Positions 54,666 to 64,000 of a stretch of 64,000 bases of DNA are shown here, piece by piece (within the stretch, counting starts at the first letter, position 1; every line of letters begins with the position of its first letter). The position numbers and the translations under genes are program-made. Where the stretch lies: the NCBI GenBank assembly GCA_964016885.1, contig OZ024741.1:38812001-38876000 (forward strand), in the 5' to 3' direction. This DNA is from Eledone cirrhosa (lineage: Eukaryota). Under the pieces are notes generated by a model, which ran no database searches, was not told the origin of the DNA, and was given only the letters and a program-made list of their open reading frames with translations.

Positions 54666-56985
54666 ACTGTGAAAGACTGGTTGTTTTTAAAGGAGATTTT
54701 TCCACCCTCTTCAATGAGTTCGCAACTTCCGCGTCGAGGGTCCCCGCATTTCTTAACTCGCATTGCTTCATTATTAGATGTAAATTTCGCCTTGGTAAGC
54801 AGTTTCTTTAAGTTGGGTGCTTGGCATCTACTATATATAATGTGTGCGTCTTTTATGAGTGCATTCATTTTGGGGGACTGCTGGAGAATCGGGAGGTATT
54901 GTTTGGCGGCTTTTACAATGTTGAAGTTCCTTGGATTGTGAGCGATGACAAAAGGGATAACTGTTTTTTCCATTCTATTTTGTTGCTTTGTTTTTCTCAG
55001 TGTTGTCACTGGGATGTTTTGGGCTTTGGAGATGTTGATGAGGTTCACCGGATATTCTTGTCTCTTAAGGAACTTTTTTAATTCATATAATCTTTTTTCC
55101 TGTAGTGTGGGGTGTGTTTCGATGGTGCAGATGCGTCTTGCCATGTTAAAAGGAATGTTCCTTTTGGTATGTGAGGGGGGTGCTGAACAGAAATTCAAGT
55201 ATTGGTGTGTGTCTGTTGGTTTGTAAAATAAGTCCGTTTTGATATTTTCCCCTTCCTTAATGATAAGGATATCCAGGAACGGTAGTTCCTTTTTATTACA
55301 TTCCATGGTGAATTTTATTTATTCGTGAAGATTGTTTATGATGGAATGGAATCTTTGAAGCAGTCGTCTAGGTAGCGTTTCCAGTTGTGATTAATGTAGG
55401 TGGCGAAGTCATAACTGAATGTTTCCTGGAGTTTGGAATTTAATTTTGCCTCCAGGTGGCCCATAACGAGTGTTGCATATGTTGGGGCCACTTTGGCACC
55501 CATGACCGTTCCTTTTATTTGTAAATATAGTTCGTTATCAAAAAAGAAGTGGTTGTTCTCCAGTACTAGTTTGAGTCCTTCCAAAATAAATTTTTGGGGG
55601 AATCTCTCTGAAATATAGTGTGGATGTTTTGTAATCCAGAAGTCAACAGCTTCAACTCCTAAGTCGTGTGGGATGTTAGTGTATAAGCTTGTTACGTCAA
55701 AGCTGACTAAGATTGTTTCTTGGTGTACTTTCTGGGGGATATAGTTCAGGAATTCCATATCATCTCTGATGAAGCTTGGCACTTTTTTTACATAAGGGTT
55801 TCAGTATGATGTCTAATAGGTTGCTTAGACGTTGTGTGCTTGAGGCTGGACTGGCAACAATTGGGCGTAATTTTAAATCTGTCGGTTTTGGTACTTCAAC
55901 ATATGATGTATTTTTGCCTTTTATGTTGTTTTGGATTTCTCTGGATTTGTGATCCTTCGGTAATCCATAGAAGTCGCTGGTTTTCATTTCGAAGTTGGTT
56001 AAGTAACTGATTTCCTTTAGTGTGAGGTTGTTTTGGTACTTGGTCGTCAGTTTGCCTACTTTAATCATCGATTTTCTTTCTCCGTTTTTGTTAATTTTTC
56101 TGTAAAGATCCTCCTTATTCTAGGACCATATCCTTGTAGTGGTTTTTGTCCATGATGATGATTGCTCCACCTTTGTCCGCTTCTTTTATGATTATTTAGG
56201 GGTCTTTTTGTAGTTTGTTTAGAGCTTGCAGTTGGTCTGTAGGGATGTTGTGTTTGTGTTTGGTCTCTGCAGTATTTGACTGTGCTGATCGTCGGAGGTA
56301 GGTTATGTAGTCCTCCAGCTGTTTGTCTCTATTTAACGGAGGCCTGAAGTTCTTTTTGTTTCTTACTAGTGATTCCTCCTTGTATTCTACACCCTGGAAG
56401 AATTCTTCTAGACGTAATTTTTGACAAAAATCTTCTGTCTTTTATAAGGTCGGCTTCATCTGCTTTTGGAGTGGGTGTGAATTTCAGTCCATTTTCAAGC
56501 AATTTTATTTTACTTCGCCATATCTCATATGCGTCCGCTAGGTTTTCACTCCTCAAGGCTTTCCAGTATGCGTGTTTAATTTGGCTTAGTATTTGGTTCC
56601 AAATATTTCTCATTTGGTTTCTATTTTTGAAAGCTTCTTTTTCCAGATTCAGTTCATTCCATTCTTTGAACGCATTTTGGTCGTGTGTAACTATTTCAGA
56701 GGGTGAAATTTGTTCTTGTTTCTGGCGATCTGCAAATAGGGATTCAAGTTTCTCCCTATAGCTGCGTGTTTGTTGTTCCATTTCATATATGACATTAGTT
56801 AGAGAGTCGTACTTACTTATCATTATGGAGAGTTTTTCTGAGATCTGTAATATTGTCAACGATTTGAGGGATTCAGTAACAGATTTTGAACCTGTGTTAG
56901 CCATTCTGTCGTGTACAAGGTGGTAGAATATTGGAAAATGTGTGAGATGCTTGGTACAGTTAGGTATATTTGAGAGAGCTAGGTA
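54666..56985 (-). mobile_element. Degraded Neptune-type PLE (RT, thumb, linker)
   Basis: LLENGLKFTPTP; FYGLPK.HK, LRPIV; SFDVTSLYTNIP, QIKGTVMG..AP.YA, RYLDDCF; LPFLDI, FYKPTDTHQYL; KCGDPR; several frameshifts. Confidence 0.9.
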
Positions 56986-57024
56986 TATATATGAGAGAGA
57001 GAGAGAAAGAAAGAGAGAGAGAGA

Positions 57025-57084
<60 letters not shown>

Positions 57085-57086
<2 letters not shown>

Positions 57087-60065
57087 TTTCTTTATTAGCC
57101 ACAGGGGCACAAAAGAAGGGGACAAATACAAAGGGGGAAGTTTACATACAATAAAAACGTGTAAAATATTATCACAAATGCAATCTAAAAGTTAATCGAT
57201 TTTCCCCAATAGGAGAAGACATTACATATGGGTAACACATACCCCCGAAAAAATGTGTAACCATTATCTCCAGGAGTACGAAGAGTGAGTACCCCTTTCC
57301 TCTCTTCCTCTTTTTCCTCAACCTACAGGCTGATATAGAGAGAAGGCCCATTCACTCGGGCCATTCTCGTCACTTTCACCCACCTTACATAAAACTTGCT
57401 GGGGTACAGCACCTCTCTCTCCATCCTGATTCTTCTTCCAAAATGGTATTTGAAAAAAAGAATCAGTTGTTGGACGGAGAGAAAGGTGTCTGACCTCAGC
57501 CCTTTTAACCTCGTCCACCATACAACCACTTTCGCCATAGCTATCACACAAAGGAAAACCGCCTCTCCTTCGTTTTTGAAGGAGGGTGGTGGTTTGATCA
57601 TGGAAATGGACTCGGTGGTCAACTGGATTGATCCCACCCGCGACAATAGTCGTTCTACATAGCCTAATAGGTCGGTAACGCCCGGGAAGTATACGAATGC
57701 GTGCGCGACGGTTTCTTCGTCTTGCACGCATCTCGGACAGATCTTTTTCGAAGGGTCCCTGCCAGGGCGCCCATGTCTGTAGAGCTTGTCTCGAACTGGT
57801 AGAGCTCCTCGGTAGCACTGCCAGGCCAGTAACGTTTGGAAGTTGTCCATCGGTCCCGGGCAGAAGGTCCTACCGAATGGACTGGCCAGTTCGTCTTCCT
57901 CTACGCCTAGAGTTTCTCCGAGCGCGTCGTCGCACTTGCTGCGGACCAACCCTCTATAGAATGATGAAGTGGAGTCCCCACTGATCGCCGGGCACCGCCT
58001 GCCAGAGGGCTGTGAGCGCCTGAGCACATTCGATGTGCCAGTCACCCATTTTCCTCGGTCTTCACTTGACCCAGGACTGCAGCTCGGTCAGGGAGACGAG
58101 TCGTGGGAAGGCTCGCCTCACGAACGGGGCCCACATCGGTTGTTCGGTGAGGAATACGTGTGTTGGCAGCGGATGGATCTTCACACCAAAGGAACCCGCT
58201 TCTTCCAAGGGAACTGGAAGAGCGCGCGCTCCATTTTGGTGAGTGTTTTGGCTGGACAAGGCACGACGGTAGATGACGGACGCTATAAAATTGTTCGCCA
58301 CCTCCGTCCGACCTTTCAAGGATAGTTTGCACTCGGCCCACTTCTGGGTGAGTGCAAACACCTTGGCCGTCAACTCGTTCCAGTTCTTCTCCACCTGGAG
58401 ATCCAGACCAAACCAGACCCCGAGCAGCTTCACCCGTCCTTCCGTCCAGCGTCCGACGACACCATCGGAAGGCATCGGTTTGCCTCTCCACGATCCGAGT
58501 TGCCAACCGATGGACTTGTCCCGGTTCAGCTTCGCCCCTGTGAACCTTTCGTATTCCTTCAGTAAGGTGCTGACTTCCTCGATTTATGCTCGACACCATT
58601 ACTGTGATGTCGTCGTCGTAGGCCGACGCCGCTTTCCGCAGTCCCGGTTCCAAAGGGAGACCCTGCAATAGCTCCAACTTCCGCAGTAGTGGCTCGAAAG
58701 TCAGTACGTACAGAAGGGAAGAAAGAGGGCATCCCTGTCGGATGGATCGCGTGATATGGAACGGCTCCGAGAGGTAGCCGTTCACCTTGACCCTTGAGCA
58801 GATGTTGCTGCTGTGCATTGCAGCAATCTAGCCCCTGAACACGGGTCCGAAGCCTGCCGCCTCGAGCACTGCATCCAGGTAACGATGGTCAATCCTATCG
58901 GAAGCCTTATACTGATACAAGTTGATCAGGGCCCCACCGAAGCCGGGTTTACACCCAACCCTCTCTGCGATGTATCGCATGAGGTGGAGGTTGTCGTGTA
59001 TGGACCTGGTCGGGATTGCGCATGTCTGCGCTCCTCCCACCAGGTTTTCGACGACTAGCGCCAGCCTCTTTACCAACACCTTGGCCAAGATATGTTTAGC
59101 AGAGTTATGGGCCAGAAGTTGCCTATGCCATCCCCCTTACTCTCGTCCATCCTGACTAGCGTGACTACGCCCCTGGTCACAGAACTGGGAACTCTCCCGT
59201 TATGCTGCCAGTTGCAGTAGACCGCTTCCAGGAGAACAGAGAACAAGTCCGGTATTGCTACGTAAAATTCGTAGGCTAGACCGTCGAGACCTGGAGATTT
59301 GCGTTTGCCGCATTGGCTCAGCACGTCCCCTATCTCAGTGACTGAAATCGGCCTCTCGCAGAACTTCGCCTCACTGTCCGAGAGTCGCGGCAGGCCGTCG
59401 AGGTATGGACCGAAATCCATAGCCCCTCCCGGCGCGTCGCCCTGCCCGAACAGCTGAGCAAAGTGCCGCTGAAATGCCACGCACAACTGTTTCGGCTCAC
59501 TATCACGCGTCCGTCTTGGTCCTTCAAAGGCCGAATCGTGGACTTGTTGCCACTTTTCGCCTCCGTCACCCGGGCCCAGCTAACAGCTTTGGCGCCCTCG
59601 TTACTCAGAGCACGTATTTTGCCTCTGACAACGCAGCCCCCGTGCTTTGCGTCGAAGAACTGGTCCAAGGCCGTTCCCGTTGCTAGCACGCTGGCTACAT
59701 TGCCACATCTAATTGCCTCTTCTACTTTATCTACCAGTTCCTTCTCGGTCCTATTTCTATCTAACGCTAATACTTTACTAAAAACTAACGAGTCTAATCT
59801 AACTGCCCTCTTGAGAGAGTACCACCATCTGTTGTTGACAATGGCCCCTGTCAAGTGCTGTTTAACTAAAGTGCTAATCCGTCTACTGTAGGCTTTGCAT
59901 GTCGGTAACGACAAGTTTAGCTTCCAGTAGCCGGGTCCTTGTCTATGGTTTCTATCAAGGTTGACCATGCAGGTCATTAGTTTGTGATCTGAATAGGCAA
60001 CCATGAACATTTGTGGACAGCTTAACATGTCCCTATCCTTATTTCTAACTAGAACCCTATCTATA
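57085..60065 (-). mobile_element. Degraded Tx1 LINE ORF2 with its 3' end in (TC)n
   Basis: SDH, PGYWKLN, KSPGLDG, RQGCPLS, AYDDD, CPRC finger; 3' GGCTAATAAAGAAACA-(TC)n. Confidence 0.9.
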
Positions 60066-60925
60066 TGTGGGGAAAAAGATGTAGAGTGGGGGACACAATT
60101 GGTGACACAGAATATTTCTGTGCCGTCAATTGGTCTTTCATTATTATTGATAAACTCCCGAAAGGTTTCCCTTCTGTATGAAGGTAATGTCCTTCATGGA
60201 GTTTCTTAGAACCAGCTCAATTTCGTTTTGAGTTAATTGAGCTGGTTTTCTGGTGGTATTTGAGATTGTCCTGAAAACTATAGTTTTCAGGACAGTGTCT
60301 CTACGCAATTCTTGGGGAGAAGTGATGCTAAAAGCGCCATTCTCCTAAAAAGGTATGTATTGCTTGGCATCTCTTAGTAAGTCTCCGGCATTAGAGATGT
60401 CAATCTGTGTATATAGTTCCGTATTTTGGACAGTTTGTGCGAACGAAACCTTTTTTCCTTGTTTGTGGAGTTGTTCTTGTTGGTGTTATTGTCATTATCG
60501 TTGCTGTTGTTGTTTTCATTGTTGTTGTTGTTGTTGTTTTTGTAGTTCTAAATTGCTTCATTTGTGGTTGTAGAATTCATTTGTGAAGTTGTGTTTTTTT
60601 CTTGTTCAATATTATTTTGTGCCGTATGTGTTTCCATACTTTTGTTTTGGCGTGATTTATCTCGGTCACTACCTGTTGCCATAGTGACATTCATTTCAAC
60701 GCTCCCATTTCCACTTATGGCGGGAAGCGCTTTAATTTTATCATTCATAGTTAAACCAAATTGTTATAAATTTTTATGAGAATTGTTATGAAAATTTCAA
60801 TGACCCACCCACTGACAATTTAGAGTGTCAATCTATACGGTGGTATATTTTTTTAAGACAATAATTTTTGTTTTTTATAAATAAAAGACAAACACTTACC
60901 AGCGTGACTGGCACACAACTTCCTC

Positions 60926-60937
60926 TAGATAGGTAGG

Positions 60938-61022
<85 letters not shown>
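60926..61022. repeat. (GATA)n microsatellite, the Tx1 target
   Basis: Direct reading. Confidence 0.95.
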
Positions 61023-64000
61023 TTCTTTATTTGCCACTAGGGCACAAGAGAAAGGGACAAATACACAGGGGGGAGTTTACATAAATGCGAGTAAAGAAAA
61101 AGGCATAACAATAAGAATAATATAATAATAAAAAGTCCTCAAAAGGGAGGGGGCGTGTTGGGGATTGCACATACCCCCGAAAAGTGTGCAACCCTTTTCG
61201 CGGGGGAAGCCCATGGGGCCAAGCACTTCTCTCTCCATCCTGATCCTTCTTCCGAAGTGGTATCGGAAGAAGTAAACCAGGTGTTGGCCGGATAGAAAGT
61301 CACCCGACCTCAGACCTTTCAGGCGCGTCCACCACACAACCTCTTTCATCATGGCTATTACGCACAGAAAGACCGCCTCTGCTTCATTTCTGAAGGCAGG
61401 AGGCGGCTTGATGTTCACCACAGACTCGGCGGCCAACGAATCGGCACCACACGCGACAGCAGTCGTTCGACGTAGCCCCACAGATCGGTAACGCCCGGGA
61501 AGTGTACTAGTGCGTGCGCAACGGTTTCCTCGTCGCGCACGCATCTGGGACAGATCTTTTTCGCGGGATCCCTGCCCGGGCGCCCGTGTCTGTAGAGCTT
61601 TTCTCGAACGGGCAGAGCCCCCCGGTAGCACTGCCAGGCTAGGGACCTCTGGAAGTTGTCCATGGGTCTCGGGCCGAAAGTTCTACCGAACAGGCTGGCC
61701 AGTTCGTCCTCCTCCATGCCTAGCGACTCTCCAAGGGTGTCGTCGCCCCTGCTAGCCACCAGCCCTCTATAGAATGTCGAGGTGGATTCTCCACTGATAG
61801 TCGGGTCCGCTTGCCAGAGAGCCGTGAGCACCTGGGCACACTCGGTGTGCCAGTTGTCCAGTTTTCTCGGTCTTTGCTTCACCCAGGATTGCAGCTCGGT
61901 GAGCGAGACGAGCTGTGGGAAGGCTCGCCTCACAAACGGGGCCCACACCGGCTGACCGGTGAGGAATACCTGTAGATGCCGTAGCCTCAATGCGTGCCTA
62001 CGCATCAACGGCTACGGCATACTCAGCCCTCCTTTCGAAGAGTGCTGGCAGCAGATGGATCTCCTCACCATGGGAGGCCGCTTCTTCCAGAGGAACTGGA
62101 AGAGCATTCGCTCCATGATGGTGAGCGTTTCCTTGGGGCAAGGCACGACGGTCAGGCGGTAGTAGATGACGGACGCTATGTAAGCGTTCGTCACCTCCGC
62201 CCGACCTTTCAGTGATAGTTTGCACTTGGCCCACTTCTGGGTCAGCGCAAACACCCTGCTCGTCACCTCGCCCCAATTCTTCTCCACCTGGAGGTCCGGT
62301 CCGAACCAGACCCCGAGCAGCTTCACCGGGCCCTCCGTCCACCGCCCGACGACACCATCTAACGGCATCGGCTTGCCCCTCCACGTTCCGAGTTGCAAAC
62401 CGACTGACTTGTCCCGGTTCAGCCTAGCCCCCGTCAGCCTTTCGTATTCCTCCAGTAGGGTGGCAATCGCCCCGATTTTCGAGGCGTCCGCCACCATTAC
62501 TGTTACGTCGTCGGCATAGGCCGAGACCGCTTTGTGCAATCCCAGTTCCAGGAACGGCTCCGAGAGGTAGCCGTTTACTTTAACCCTAGAGCAGACGTTG
62601 CCACTGTGCATGGCAGAAACCCAGCCCCTGAAAACGGGTCCGAAGCCCGCCGCCGCTAGCACCGCATCCAGGTAACCATGGTCGACCCTATCGAACGCCT
62701 TAGATTGATCCAAGTTGATCACAGCCCCACCAAAGCCGGGTTCGTTCCCAACCCTCTCTACGATGTATCGCATGAGGTGGAGGTTGTCGTGAATGGATCT
62801 GGACGGGATAGCGCATGTCTGCGCGTCTCCCACCAAACCACCCACCACAAGCGCCAACCTCTTCGCCAACACCTTGGCCAAAATCTGTAACTCTGCATTC
62901 AGCAGAGTTATGGGCTTAAAGTTACTTAAGTCGTCCCCCTTGCTCTCGTCCTTCCTCACTAGCGTGACTACGCCCTTGGTCACAGAACAGGGAATTCTCC
63001 CGTTCTGTTGCCAGTTGCAATAGACAGCCTCGAGGAGTTCGGAGAACAAGACCGGCATAGCTAAATAAAGTTCGTATGGAAGACCATCGAGACCCGGAGA
63101 TTTGCGTCTGCTGCATTGGCTGAGGGCTTCACCGATTTCAGTGGCTGTGATTGGCCTTTCGCAGCACTCCGCTTCGCCGCTCGAAAGACGCGGTAGACCG
63201 TCGAGGTATGGACCGAAGTCCACATCCCCGTCCGGCCCCCCGCCCCCTCCGAACAGTCGAGCAAAGTGCCTTTGAAAGGCCTCGCACATCCGCTCAGGTT
63301 CAAGGATCACCCGTCCATCCTGGTCTCGCAAAGACCGAATGGTGGATTTAATCCCACTCTTGGATTCTGTCACGCGGGCCCAGCTAACAGCTTTGGTCCC
63401 CTCGTTTCCTAAAGCACGTATTTTACTTCGGACAACGCAGCCTTCGTGCTTCGCGTCAAAGAACTGGCTCAACGCCGTTCTCGACGTTAACACTCTGGCC
63501 ACGTCTCCGCTCCTAATCGCCTCTTCTAGTTTATCTGTTAACTCCCTTTCCCTCCTATTTCTATTCGCCGCTAATTCCTTACTGTAACCTATTGAACTTA
63601 CTTTAACATCTCTCTTTAGAGATACCCACCACCTGCTGTTGACGATCGCTCCCGTCAACCGCATCTTAACTAAGCTACTAATCTGGTTCCTGTAAGCTTC
63701 CTTTGCCGGCAAGGACAAGTTCATCTTCCAGTAACCGGGACCCTGTCTATGCGTTCTATCAAGGTTGACCACGCAGGTCACTAATTTGTGATCTGAATAG
63801 CCAACCATGAGCAATTCTGGACAACTAAATACGTCCCTATCCTTACTCCTAACCAAAAACCTATCTAGGTACGATCTAGATTGACCACTGTGGTTTGCCC
63901 AGGTCCAGGTTGGCACAGTTGGAAAATCTAGTTGAAATCTATCGACCAGGTCGAATCGATGGAGTAATCCCTTGAGGCTGCTACACCCCCCTCTATCGGG
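61021..64000 (-). mobile_element. Tx1 LINE ORF2 and 3' UTR, continuing beyond the window
   Basis: ORFs 62012-63916 and 61415-62008; 3' GCCCTAGTGGCAAATAAAGAAA-(TCTA)n. Confidence 0.92.
62012..63916 (-). pseudogene. Tx1 ORF2 (APE C-terminus plus RT) lacking RT motif B
   Basis: SYLDRFL, SDH, KSPGLDG, LDQSKAFDRV and YADD are present; the RQGCPLS segment is deleted in frame. Confidence 0.88.

Overview
AT-rich, repeat-saturated animal DNA with no convincing host protein-coding gene. The tRNA-derived SINE families and microsatellite load suggest an octopus/cephalopod (inference). Nearly all long ORFs in the track are microsatellite artefacts or retroelement remnants: Tx1-clade LINEs, RTE fragments, and Naiad- and Neptune-type Penelope-like elements (PLEs). 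The hidden signal is RNA. By eye I find more than 20 type-I hammerhead ribozyme (HHR) motifs from about 10 unrelated sequence families. They include a tandem ~500-bp non-coding unit with one minimal, dimer-type HHR per monomer (retrozyme-like arrays at 18.0-20.0 and 26.0-27.2 kb, split by a Naiad PLE inserted in a (TA)n spacer), HHRs with U3-A8, A4 or C4 core variants, HHRs with ~100-nt stem II insertions, and many fold-back insertions in (TA)n. Together this looks like a microsatellite-nested PLE/retrozyme ecosystem. All structures were folded manually and none is experimentally shown.
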